From positions 496,001 to 560,000 of the forward strand of contig NIVC01000382.1 of the NCBI GenBank assembly GCA_002269645.1: a stretch of DNA of 64,000 nucleotides, read 5' to 3'. The notes beneath the pieces were generated by a model. The model saw only the letters and a program-made list of their open reading frames with translations. It searched no databases and was not told the origin of the DNA. The position numbers and the translations under genes are program-made. Shown here in pieces: positions 1 to 11,881 of this stretch; position 1 is the stretch's first letter, and every line of letters starts with the position of its first letter. The DNA is from Macrostomum lignano. Lineage: Eukaryota.

Positions 1-673
1 ATTTGCAGCCACATTGGGCGCACGCGCGCACTCTGCCTCTTCTACTGTCCAGCCAAAAACGGCATCGCTCACTCACCCCCGTCTGCACATGCACGCGACA
101 ACAGCTTGTGTGTGTGGTGTGTGTGTGTATGTCTTAGCGAGTGTGCCCTTGGCTTAAAGGGTGCCTCACTCTCCGTCCCTTCCCATTCTTTCTCTCCACT
201 TGCCCCCTCCCCTCTAGCCTTCTCGCGTACCAACAAACTGGCCAGACCCCCCTCCTCTCTACCTTCTCCCCCAAGCTTTGCAGCAGCTCCGCCGTGTCCT
301 GGCCTCTCCCTCCTCCGCCTCCCCCGATCGCACACGCGCGCACGCACCTACTCCTCCTGGCTGGTCCCCGCCCTCAAGGCCTGTCTCTTCACCGTCCCCG
401 TTTCTAAAGTCGAGTTCCACTCTACCAACTATATCCCTCACAAAAAGGCTCCGTGCAGCGCAGAGCTACCGCATGAAGCATAAGGAGAGAAACTGGAGGC
501 TGACACTGTCATGAACTCGACGATTCTGTGAAATTTTTGGATTTAGCTATACGTTTGGAGTCAAAAGAACTGAATTTGATTTTGTACGCATCAGCAGCGT
601 ATGCCTCAGTTCTGCTAAGGCTTATCACTTCTAGACTGAATTGACCCCGTCTCAGTTCCATCGTGGAATAGTA

Positions 674-3465
674 ATGGAAACAGACGTTATCAAGCGTGAT
701 CCGATTTTTTCGACGAGCACAAATCAAATAACTTCGTCTTCTCCGCTCGAACAGTCCGATCTACCAAAGCTAGATTCAGACTCTACGACTTCTGCTGCTG
801 TGCCAACATCGTATTTGCCTGCAGTTGATCGGAAACAGAAAAAGCAAATGCCGCCTGTACAAGACCGAAAACGCGATCTTTCGCCACAGGTATGCAATTG
901 TCTACCCGAGGCCATGGTCTCGACCGACTCTCCGCCAGCCTATCGCCATCTTGGCGCTGCGTCTACTGTCCAAGAGCTGCGTTGCCGCCTAGAAACCAGT
1001 CTCTGCCTGCAGCCTGCATCGCTGCGTATTGAAACTGTGATGCCAAGTGAGCGCGAGGGGGCCACGGAGAGAGGCTGCCCTGCAGCTAAATGGGTGCTAC
1101 GTCGAACCGGTGAACAAGAGAAGTTTCTAGCCCTGGTCAGAGTTCGCCAGGGTCACGCATGCCCACAGCCGTAATCGTTGTTGCTTTGGTTAGCTGGGAG
1201 GGCCTCCCCAGAGAATTAGCTGATCGCGCATTCGATTATTTATCCGGCGAGCTCCCACACCAGGGCATCCCAATCGAACGTCGGTGCGCTGCAAACGAGA
1301 GCCGCACCTGCGGTTGCCAAGGATTCGATGATGCCACCTGCGGCGCTTCTTATAGCTTCGGCTGCTCATGGAGTATGTTTCATAACGCCTGTAAGTTCGC
1401 TCGCACCCGAGAGCAGGCCAGAAAGTTTCGCCTACGCTCGCTGGACGCCGAAACTGAATTGGCCTGCAGACTTAACTGTCTCGCTGACGTAGCTGGCCGA
1501 GTGCTCGAAGCCGCAGCGCCCGAGGCTTTTCAAGCGCAAGTGCAGGACTCGCAGCTGGCCGCCGACTGCCGTCTCGGCTGCAATGCGCCGCCAGATAAGC
1601 GACCGTTTAGCGGAGTTACAGCCTGCATTGACTTCTGCATGCACGCGCATAAGGACACGTTCGCACTAGACGGAGGCTGCAACGTGGTGGTGACTCTCAC
1701 CTCCAGTCGATCGACTGACGAGCAGCTGCACGTGCTGCCGGGATACATGCCCGGCGAAGTGGACGAATTCGGCTCAGAGGTCGGCCAGCGCGAGAGAATA
1801 ACTAATGGTGCCATCCAAGAACTACGACATGTCAACTTGGTGACACGGGTTCGCGGATCTCCGATGGCCCCCTGCGCTGTTAGAAAGAAGATAAAGAAGT
1901 CGGCACAGCAGCAAGTACAGCAGAAGCCACAGCAGGGTGCACAGAAGCAACTTCACAACCAGAAGGCTGGAAAAGCTGTCACGTCTAAGGAAGAGCATTC
2001 GCCAGCAAGCATCGACAGTGGATTTGAGTCGATTAAGAGTAACCGCAGTCCAGACAAGGACGAGCAACAGCATTTTAGCCCACCGATGATGGCCGCTGTG
2101 GCTCCTGTTGGGATTTTGCCGCCTATCGCCTCTTGGTTTCGCAAATCGCCTGTGCAATGGACACCACCGCAACAGCAGCTTCAAAGGCATCAGCAGCCGC
2201 AGCAGCAGCTTCAGCAAATGATTCCGCCGGCACCACAGCCCCAACCTCCGACGCATGTGCTGCCTCCACCACCGCCCCCGATGCCGCAAACACCGAATCT
2301 TCGGGATACTAGATGTGCCTCAAGCGGAAGCCAGTTACAGTTACAGGAACAGTACGCACAGCATCCGCAATCTCAGAAACAACAACACACTAATGCTAGT
2401 CCACACATGCAATTTCACCCACGCGGCCCACGCCCAGAATTCACGCAACCGCATCCACCAGCTTTTCCGCAACCTTCGTATCCGCCAATACAACAACCTC
2501 AGCAGGCGCAACTGCAGCCGCAGCCTCAGCCGCAGCAACACAGCTATCAACAAATGGGCTCGTGGCACCAATCGATTCCCCCGCACTATCAACTACAGCA
2601 GCAACCTCGCCAAGGTTACGCGCCAAGATATCCAGTTGAGCACCCGGCTCACCAGTACCCCGGCGGTTACCCAGGTCAGTGGCGACCTCAGTATCCTCAG
2701 CACGGATATTACAACCAACACCAGCAAACTAGAGGGATTCCGCCATCTCAATATAGACAATATCCGTATCCCACGTATCAGCACAACTCTATGCAGCACT
2801 CGGCTTTCGATATGGATTATCCGCATCAGCAGCCGCATCGGTATCCTCAGAATCCGAACAAGCAATACCCTCACATGTATCAACAATATCCTGCTCAGCA
2901 GCATCAGCTGCAGTATCCACACTATCCGTCGCAGCAGCAGCAGCCTCAACAGCAGCAGCAAAAACAGAATCAAAAACCGCAACAGAGTCCCACTAGGCAA
3001 TCCCAACCAGAGCTGTGCCAGCGACAAGCGTCCACCGAGCAACCTCTGCAGCCTCCGTCGGCAAAGAGACGCAGCAGCGAGTCTGTTGGCTCTGAATCCA
3101 GCAAAGGATCGGAAGGCAATCGAGAGTTCCTCTCCGACAGTGCTGAACTATTTCGAGACAGCCGGATGGGCGGCCTGGCCATAGCGCTTACCCATGGCTC
3201 TGTTCTAATTGAAGCCGCCAAGCACGACAGCCATGCGACCACGGCGCTGCCAAAGCCAGACCGGGACCATCCGACTAGCATGAGTCTGGTGTTTTTCCAG
3301 CACAAAAACCTGTGCTACGCTCATCACGGCTACAGCGAATACGCCGAAAAGATGCGCCTTCTGCGACTGCGGCGTGCCGAAAGCGTCGAGACGAAATCCG
3401 AAGCTAGGGAGGACAAAGATAAGACGGAGGGCAAGGTCAAGGATACGAGTGTGGAAAAGCTTTGA
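674..3465 (+). CDS. TET: TET-family Fe(II)/2OG dioxygenase, intronless, split by a 1-nt frameshift at 1162-1164 (about 930 aa if one C is restored)
   Basis: ORF 641-1174 (first ATG 674) has YRHLGAA...GCPAAKWVLRR...GHACP. ORF 1159-3465 continues TAVIVV...ERRCAANESRTCGCQG...GASYSFGCSWSM...PFSGVTACIDFCMHAHKD...DEQLHVLP and, after a Q/P-rich insert, THGSVLIEAAKHDSHATT...SLVFFQHK. These are the Cys-rich and DSBH motifs of animal TETs. Confidence 0.93.
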
Positions 3466-5121
3466 ATGAGTACCGCGGAGTCCTTTTAAAACTTTATGCG
3501 CGTAAACAAGTTCTATCTTTGAAAATCATTGTATTATTTTCATATATTTATCGCAATTCGGACTATTTCATAAACTCTCCCATGTAAACAAGACTTTTGA
3601 TTCCTAATGTCGCCGCCTCTCGGTTCCATTCCCATGCTTGGCTCACAACGAGTTGTCTATAGAAAAACTTGTGCACTTATTATTTTGCTCATTTTGCTTA
3701 CTTTATCACCTTGGAGTGTCGGGAGCTCTTGATTAATTTTTGTCTGTCTGTTTCTCTGCCTTGTTGGGTCTTTAAAGAAATAACGGGATTAATTATTTAT
3801 CGTATAAGCTGGCATGATTTAACTTTTGATTGCACGATTTATTTCCGCTGAAAAATTTTGTTGATTTAATTCGCTTCCCTGCCCCGCGCAACGCGTCTCT
3901 TTGGTGATTGGACTCTAAATATTTTTCTTACCCCTTACATTTGCTCAGCCGTATTTACATATTTTACTTACTAGCGGCTACCCACTTTGTTTTACTTTTG
4001 CACCGCTTATATCTGTGCTAACATTTGACCGTTCCCAGCTCAATTTGCTGGCGTTTTGTTGCAATGAAACTCACGTTTTCGATGCCGTGTGTTTACGTAA
4101 ATTTATTAAGGCCTGTATCATTTTTTCGATATGATTTTTTGCGTCAGTTAATGAAAACCATCTCATTTCATTCTGCAAATTGATCACCAAACTTGTTATT
4201 TCCAATTTCTAGAAACTTTTCCTGTTGTCAGGCATTGACTAAATAATCACAATTTAACGAAATTCCTTCGTCAAGCTTTGTTTAACTGATCAAGTAATAT
4301 TTTTTCACCAGTTGATTCCAACATTCCTTTCAAAATTCATCAGGGTTAGTTGGCAACCGACTTTATCGTCTCACTTGCAACCTCATCTACTTGTCTATTA
4401 AAGCAATACATCATTACAGGCTCAACATAGAGATGAAAAAATCATCAGTCTGCAAAATGTACTTTTAAAGTTTTTGACATGTAGTTTTCTCTCAATACAC
4501 GCTCGTACCTTCTGGTCAGCTTTCGTGATTAGTGTGTAATGCAATTTCGCTACAGGTACTTACAAATATAACGATAAAATATATTGTTACGAAAAAGGCC
4601 ACTTTAAACGAACCCTTATCAGCATCATCAATAACTCGCTTAATCTTTTGACTTTTTGTTTTATTCAAAATAAAATTTGAGCTTCCATTACCTACCTGAA
4701 ACCAGTGTTGCCTTAAAAATGGTTCACTGAAAAATTCACTGCAACCAAAAGTCATTACGCTTACGTTACTACTTGCATGTACAGTAGCATATTATAATAT
4801 TATAGTTGTTATTCACATAAAGTCGCTATGGGTTGTATTTAGAAGATTTAGATTGCAGACTTATTTGTTAAATTTATATATTTGTTAAATAAATTTAACT
4901 GTGTCAGAGAACTGTTAATAAAAGGGGGCAAGAAAAGAAGATCTCCTTGTGTGTGGTCTGTATGCGTCTTTGTGTGTATGCTTGTTAAAATAATTTGCTC
5001 CTCGCTCAGGTCGCGAGTTTAAATTTCATTCGAAATAAAATAAAAAGTATTGAATATTATAACTGCAGATGTGGTTCTGTCACTGCAAGCGGTGAATCGG
5101 TGTCACAAAGTACTTAAGAAT

Positions 5122-6762
5122 CTATGCATCCGTGCATTCAATAAACGACTCTGGACCACTTCGCTCGTCGTTAAAATTTTCAACTATTTCCAAGTCTGAC
5201 TGGGTATTCTTTCTTGACCACTTCGCTAGCGGCAGTCTAATAGCATCGAAAGCATTGATAGCAAAGCTATGCGCCAACTCCAGCAGCTCTAAAATAGACA
5301 ACAGCGACATGCCCATGAACAGCCCAAGCAGACCGCCAATGTCGGCAATCAAAGAGTTGAAGCTGTACGCCAGAGACAGTTGAACTTCTTGGCTTCTACG
5401 AGAAGAAGCTTCCAACTCAATCTGCAGAATGGACTGTTTGACTTCCTCCATTGTGCTGTTGAAGATAAGCTGTGAAAGCCCAGGACCACTATTCGACATG
5501 TCGTAAGAAGTCAGCAAAGCCGGAATGATAAATTCTTGCCAATTGCGCACGGAGGGCCAGCTGCTAGCTGAGTGCCTGTAACTGTAAACACGGTTTCTAC
5601 ACGGGACATCTCGTTCGCAATTCTTTGTGGCAGCGTCCAGCAAATTCGCAATTGATAAAATCATTACTGAATCGATGATAATGTCAGTCTGTACTCTCGA
5701 TAGGTTAAAGCACGATGATAGAGACCGGTACTCCCACGGAGTCATAATGGGATAAACGCTACAATTGAATCTCTCCAAGGACAACCGAGCAACTTCGCGG
5801 TACCAGCACACTGCTTGACTGTACTCTATCGTGACCATATTTCCCGTGTACTGATCAACAAACTGAGCTGTACTTTCTTCACTTTTTGCCTTACATTTGT
5901 CGGGAAAATCTTCCGACGTGTACACTTTGTCTTGCATCTCGATCTGAATCGAATGCTTGTGGGCTGGCCCCACGAGCACTTGCGTGTCCATCTCGCTCGG
6001 ATGCTTGCCTTTCGGAGTTAGAAAGATTCTGCAGCCGATTGGCACAGCGAAATCAGTGCCATATATAACATTCCAATCAAAAGGTCTCAGATTTAAATTG
6101 TGGCCGTAAAAGTCGTGTATATCTTCATCCCCACTTTCTCTTAACTGGGGTGGAGGATTTGAATCCAGAAACAGAACCAGCTGAACCACATTGTTCGGAT
6201 TTTGTAGAGCTGAACGTTCTTTGCTTGTGATATTCAATCCAAAACAGTTTATGAAATATGAGCTGCGCACGACAGATAGATTCCATTCTTCCTTACCTGC
6301 TACGTAGACATAAAGCACGGACGACAGTTGGTGGCCCAACTTGTCCGACAAGAATCTAAACGGTAGGCTGTTTACTAGCCTAACGGTGTATGTATTAAGC
6401 GCACTCTGTGAGTCTTCTGGTGCGAATTCTGCCACTGCGGTTCGAACCATACTTCTATACCGATTCAGTATCCTGGAGTCTTCATCACTTAGATAAGCAG
6501 GTTGGCTGGCAGAAATCGGCTTCTCGTTGCAGACATACACATCTGGGAACTCAAAATCCAAATGATTCTCCTTAATAGTAGTAGCAACGTCTCCTCTCGA
6601 ATACCTACTACAGGCGTCGTAGATTCGTTGAATGCAGTAGCTGAATGAAAAAAGGAGAGCCACCAACCAGATTGTCTTCACGTAGGCCTTTCGATTGCTT
6701 GACAGTCGGACTATGCCGTGAACAGAGCTCTCGCTGATGCAGTTTATCAATGATGCACGCAT
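5122..6762 (-). CDS. DEG/ENaC (ASIC/FaNaC-like) amiloride-sensitive channel subunit, 546 aa, single exon
   Basis: N-terminal SVHG motif, TM1 (IWLVALLFSFSYCI), FPDVYVCN, Cys-rich ectodomain, TM2 LIADIGGLLGLFMGMSLLSILELLE with a GxS filter. Confidence 0.92.
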   Translation of the reverse strand: MRASLINCISESSVHGIVRLSSNRKAYVKTIWLVALLFSFSYCIQRIYDACSRYSRGDVATTIKENHLDFEFPDVYVCNEKPISASQPAYLSDEDSRILNRYRSMVRTAVAEFAPEDSQSALNTYTVRLVNSLPFRFLSDKLGHQLSSVLYVYVAGKEEWNLSVVRSSYFINCFGLNITSKERSALQNPNNVVQLVLFLDSNPPPQLRESGDEDIHDFYGHNLNLRPFDWNVIYGTDFAVPIGCRIFLTPKGKHPSEMDTQVLVGPAHKHSIQIEMQDKVYTSEDFPDKCKAKSEESTAQFVDQYTGNMVTIEYSQAVCWYREVARLSLERFNCSVYPIMTPWEYRSLSSCFNLSRVQTDIIIDSVMILSIANLLDAATKNCERDVPCRNRVYSYRHSASSWPSVRNWQEFIIPALLTSYDMSNSGPGLSQLIFNSTMEEVKQSILQIELEASSRRSQEVQLSLAYSFNSLIADIGGLLGLFMGMSLLSILELLELAHSFAINAFDAIRLPLAKWSRKNTQSDLEIVENFNDERSGPESFIECTDA

Positions 6763-7145
6763 GATTGCAAGGCTCTCAACTGTTGCAGAAAAAGTCGGCT
6801 GCTGCAGGCGGCTAGGAATGAAATATTTCTTGTTTCACAGTCGGGCCGTTCATTTATTATTTTGCGGCTCCATGAGTTTCAGTTGCCAAGGCCTTGGGAA
6901 AATTAAGTTTGCATTAAACCTCCAAACAAGTGCTAGTTGAAAGCTACATATCTCAAGTCTATTTGTAATAGAGACACCTTTTGAAGAGGAGAACAATGTA
7001 TAAAGAAACTGTATGCTGTTTGAGACTATAAAAATCCGCAAGTACTGGCAGAATTAGCCTCTCAACTGAAACACAAAAGGCCAGTACTCTATTGCAACGA
7101 CTATGTCAATAGAATTTACAATTTCTTGCTTCTAGTATAGTTCTG

Positions 7146-7607
7146 TTAAGATGTGCTCAGACAGAGTCCAATCAAGCATTCTATTTGGTTTTGACAAGTG
7201 GCATTTGTGGTGTACAGTAAATTCAGTTGTCTAGGCTGCTGTACGTCTACGCTTGTATTATTGACAATTTCCAAGCAAGGTCTTTTAATCCAAGAGTCGT
7301 GTATAGCTACCAGAGAAAGGGTTTCCCGTTGTAAATGTACACATCCGGGAACTCAAATTCTAGGTGTGGCCTGAACAGGTGTAGTTCGTAGGCAATCCCT
7401 TTGCTAATAAATCTTTCGTATAGGCGTCACAAGGATATAAAAGGAATAATAGGAGAACGAAGTCAGCCCTGCCAGAAGCCAGATCAACTTGATGCAGAGC
7501 CGGCGGTCCCCAGTAAAGTACACAATTAGCCCGTGCAGTGTAGTGTCGGATAAGTGCTGCTGAATTATTAGATGCATTGCTGCTGAAGGCCTACATACTA
7601 TTTTCAT
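7146..7607 (-). pseudogene. Decayed 5' fragment of a second DEG/ENaC paralog
   Basis: ORF has DTTLHGL...KLIWLLAG (HG motif + TM1). After a frameshift it reads HLEFEFPDVYIYNGKP, versus HLDFEFPDVYVCNEKP in the neighbouring gene, then stops. Confidence 0.75.
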
Positions 7608-8799
7608 AGTTTTCAGACTAATAATATTTACGAGTATTTAATAGATGACTTTTTATCGGAATAGTGTAGTTGAGTTGCAAGTGTACTTGTATGCGCTAGT
7701 CGGTAGAGCGGGGTTGGGGATTGCTATTGTACAGCATGTACGTGCGTGCTTTCCACTTGTCTCTATCTTTTATACCCAGTTATGTAACAATCTTTGTTTG
7801 TATTGTATTTAACTTGCGTATCTATCTACTCGTACTAAACGCCAAGAGGCTTCGTCAACTGTCACTCGTGTAGTGAGCTGCGCCTCGCAATGCCCTTGCC
7901 CTTGCACACATTTTCATTGGCTGGCGTCTTTTCATCTCTCTCTCTCATTTGGGCTAGTCCAATCATATGTCTCGCCGCGGAGGCACCTGATTGGCTAGCC
8001 TTCCCCCTTCTCTCTCTCTCGTCCTTCAACTCTGTGAGTTTTGCCCCCCCCCCCCCAGCCCTGTGTGGCTTAGCCCCACCCAGCCCCCTGCTCTCAACCA
8101 GTATTTGTGTGCCCGCGCGGCCCTCGCCCGGGTCTGTCCCGCCCTGCTCTCTATACTGCTACGTACCTTTGTGCTTGCGCGAGTCAGCGACGGTTGAGCA
8201 GAGTAAAATATAGAGGCCACGCCTGGTATGAGCGTGTCAAGTGACCCCGCCCGGTAAGACAGTGTTAGCTTTCATTCATTTGTCCTATCCTCATTATCCA
8301 CTTCCCTCGCCACCGTCTTCCTTCGGGTCTGCGAAGTGTCTGTTCGCCTCCAGACCCGTGCTCACCTCTGCTGCTGCTGAGTGGCTACCTGCTTGTACAG
8401 CCTCCTCATCCGCACCTCCCTCAAAACTCGGCTGGACGAGTGTCTGTACGCTCCCAGCCTCTCCACTTCCACCTCAAAGTGTCCGTACGCCTCGGGGGTC
8501 ACTATAGTACTCTCTCGCCTATCACACCCGGCAAGCTCTGGGCAGTCCAGTACCCGAACCCCCGATCACCTCGTCTGCAGTCCGCCCCGACGGAAGCAGA
8601 AAATTCAACTCTATCTCTAGCTGGCGTTTTGAACCTGTTTAATCTTTTGCATGCTAGGCTCGCCCTGTTGAGGTGCTAAGGAAGACAAAACTAAGGTCGA
8701 GAATCCCTCTCTCCCCTCCCTTACTCTCTTCACCTTCCTATTCGCCAAACATTCCTATATATCGCACTTATTATGCGCTATTATTTGTACTATTTACGC

Positions 8800-9035
8800 G
8801 GTCAATTATAGAAGGAGTTAGAGCGTCGGACTCACGACTAGGTTGGAAGTTCGATTCCCAATCCCACTGGAACAATTTGTGTCCTTGAGCAAGACACTAA
8901 ACTCTACATTGCTTCAGTTCACCCAGCTGTGAAATGGGTACTAGCATTAGCTGGGGTAATTGAGAGTGTGTGTGGCAACCCCCCCCCCCAATCAGCCGGA
9001 CTGAACAGCCGTACGCAGCCTTTAGATGCGCCGCG
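8800..9035 (+). mobile_element. tRNA-derived SINE with CORE-like central domain
   Basis: B-box-like AGTTCGATTCC (8848-8858) followed by GTGTCCTTGAGCAAGACACTAAACTC...TGTGAAATGGG, which resembles the SINE CORE consensus GTGACCTTGGGCAAGTCACTTAACC...TGTAAAATGGG. Ends approximate. Confidence 0.6.
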
Positions 9036-9555
9036 CAATAGCTGCTGCTGAGCTGTCGATTGTCGGTTGGCCCAATTAAGGCAGATGCATTAAAAACAGT
9101 TACGAGACTATAAACAAGAATCGCGAGAAGATTCTGTATGGCTCATCTCCTCGTATCAGGCGATTCTTTGTATGTAATCCACGGCATGTGCGACCCGAAT
9201 ATAACGCCTTATCTCCGCCGGAGATAATGAGTTATCTCCGCTAGCCATGTATGGCACGGATGTCTTTGTCTATGGTAGCGGAGTTACGTTACTGATTATC
9301 TCCGCTCATTTAACACTGGGGGAATAGACGAGGCGCACAGGCAGAGTGGATTACATTATTATTAAGCAGCCAATAACTAGTTTGATAGGAATTATGAGAT
9401 AAAAATATGTTAGTTATCATCGTATTGATGTCATGCAAGCTGACTATTCTACGAGCTCGTAGCAGAATTCTTGTGAATTCTTCTGAATGAAAAAAGTGTT
9501 ACTTTCCAAAACTTAAAAAGGACAACTTTGATCCTTTTTGCACACAAAAGGTAGG

Positions 9556-11881
9556 TCAAACGTCGTTCAAAAGTGTCGCTAATAATGATCTGCTGATAAA
9601 ATCGTGATTTGGTGAGATTTTTTTGAATCCTCGGCAGTTGTCACGCAAATCTGAAACAACACGCGCAACGGAGCAGAGGCTTGTCTGTTTCTGAGGGCTT
9701 GTAGTCCAGCTGATCATCAAATCGAAGCCATATTTCCAGATGATGGCCAGCAGTGGCTGCAACTCGCTCTTGTCCGTCATAGTTAAGCCTTTATCTAGCC
9801 ATTGACCGCCGTAGTTAGCAATGATGCCGTTTCTTCTAAAGTCGGTAATTACCGCTTCTGGCATTGTGGCTTCGAGATTGACAGTTAATACTGGTCTTGA
9901 CTGACCAATCCGGTAAATAAATAGCAAGGTTTTCGGATCGGATGGGAAATGTTTGCAGTAAATTACATAAAAAAACTTGCTACCCCTTTCAAACAGTTTC
10001 GTTCCTTGTGTTGACCGGAAAATCACTTCAGAGCATTTGTAACAACATTCGTCGAATGCTAGCTCAAGTCTTCTTGGTGGAGTGAGAACGACCTTGGCGA
10101 CTCGGATATTTCCGTTTTCTAAAATGCCCAAATAATATTCACTTTCTGTTGTACTTGTTAACAGAAACTCTCCGATCTGACCGTTGCCGAGTTGAACCTG
10201 ACTCATCTGCTCCAAAGTCTGACACCTTGAACGCATCAGTGATATGAACGTAAAGCAGCGAGGTACTGTATCATCGCTCTGCCAAGATTCTTTGCTGCCA
10301 CCCAGGACAGCAAAGTACCGATCGACAGCTGGCACAAAGTTCGAAGTTTTTGTTACCTCATACATGCCGAATGCGCCGATAATCGATTGCGCGCTTCGAT
10401 TTTGCCGACTAAGTTGACTTCCATTGTTAATTCCAACAGTTGAGTCTGGTCCATTCAGAAATACCGGATTTTCAAACTGATCAGCTTTGATGGCTTCAAT
10501 GGGCAATGAGTAGAGCAGTACGAAGGTTTCGGTCAATATAAGCAAGTGCACCAAGTCACAACTGCTAGTGTCACATTTGTAAGCTTCCAGGCCAACAATT
10601 GCTTCTTTGGATGGCAATGGCAGCAAACAAAGGGGCACTGCGGGCCCAGATCTGCGCTTCTCCAGCGGTACAATGGCGACCCAATTTCCCGGTGGCAGCC
10701 AGGTGCGATCGGGTTTTTTATTTTTGGCTTCGTTTTCATTGGGAGAATGATGGGTACTTTCACGAGTAGAACTAGAACTTGAAGAATCTTCGGTCGCTGA
10801 CACCCGGTCCGATACAGCAACGCAGACAAGCCAGCCGATTTGCGTCTCACTGGCCTTCCCTACTTGAGTCCAGGTCACAGGATACTCAGGCAGACGGAGT
10901 CGCCACTTGTGCAAATACGAATTGCGTCGGTCGAAGGCTGTCACAAGCAGAAACTGCAGGCATAATTTTTTACTGCTCGTCGTTGAGCAGAAGCACTGGA
11001 CATAGAATGGATGACGGAGAGAAGCATAGCTATAGCATTATAACTTTCTGTGAGAATTTTACGTAAACCCAGCCATAACTAAGCCCACATTCTCAATTTC
11101 TGAAAAACCACAGGAAACTTAGCAAAGCAAAAAAATCGTTTAGGTCATTTGCGACAGTCCCATACAACAATCGAACCTCGATGGCAGAAATGTACTTTTT
11201 ATTTTTATCGACGTTCAGTCGACGTATAGCGTCGTTATCCGTCGATGTAATGTAAAGGCATATATTGGTCATCGACGTCGATAGACGTCGGGAACGTCGG
11301 TCAGACTTCGCCGGAGTCCGATTGCTGTACGGAAGTGTTCCAGGCTACACGAGTGCTTTGTAATCCATATACTAAAATGTGTTCGCTAAATAAGGATTGG
11401 CGCTTGTAAAGCACCGATATACGGAATTATAACGCTGTAAATTTCAACGCTGTATAAGTGTATGATTACAAAAAGTTCGAAAGCAGCTTACCACCCATGC
11501 TAACTTTTGTTCACTGTCTGCAGGTGCATCAGAACTAACTGGATTAATATCTGCTTCAGCTTCAACTGGACAGAGACTGCACTGAAACCACCAGTCTCCG
11601 TGAAGCATCTTGAGCAGCTTAGGCAGTCCGAGTCTCTCTCCGCTCTCACTGTCGCTTTCCGGATTCGCAAAGCCCATTACTCTCGCCACGGCGCCCCAAC
11701 GACCGTAGAGCCTGTCGACAGAGCTCTTCCATTTCTGGCTCAACAGGCGACATCGAATGAGACTTTTTAGGTCCAGCAGATTGAGAATGCGAGCTTCCAA
11801 CTCTTCTGGAATAGACTGGTTAAACAGCTTCGTTTGCTGCTGTTGCACCGGCTCTGGATCCTCGACGTCAGCCTCAGGCAT
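9556..11881 (-). CDS. F-box protein, two exons (11881-11492 and 10953-9556), about 595 aa; C-terminal region unassigned
   Basis: F-box motif IPEELEARILNLLDLKSLIRCRLLSQKWKSSV. Donor GTG|GTAAGC at 11491 and acceptor CTGCAG|TTT at 10954 are both phase 0 and join the F-box ORF in frame to the 462-aa ORF. Confidence 0.75.

Noticed and set aside
69-514. Short ORFs upstream of TET
   Set aside because: Low-complexity C-rich/CT-rich promoter or 5'UTR-like DNA with no domain similarity.
1159-1174. Programmed ribosomal frameshift in TET
   Set aside because: No slippery heptamer in the required frame; an error or null allele is more parsimonious.
7860-8700. CCAAT/TATA-like motifs and a GTAAGA donor (8254) suggesting another solo LTR
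   Set aside because: Could not find TG...CA ends with a target duplication; it may be an ordinary promoter-like segment.
11200-11335. Cluster of GACGTC/TCGAC palindromic words in the F-box intron
   Set aside because: No regular period, terminal repeat or second copy in the window to support a call.
11364-11385. Plus-strand A|TCCATATACTAAAATGTG resembling a Helitron 5' end, which would make the F-box exon and PCIF1-like gene Helitron cargo
   Set aside because: No matching hairpin+CTAG found downstream on the plus strand, no convincing subterminal motif, and it lies within the F-box intron; at most a 5' stub.
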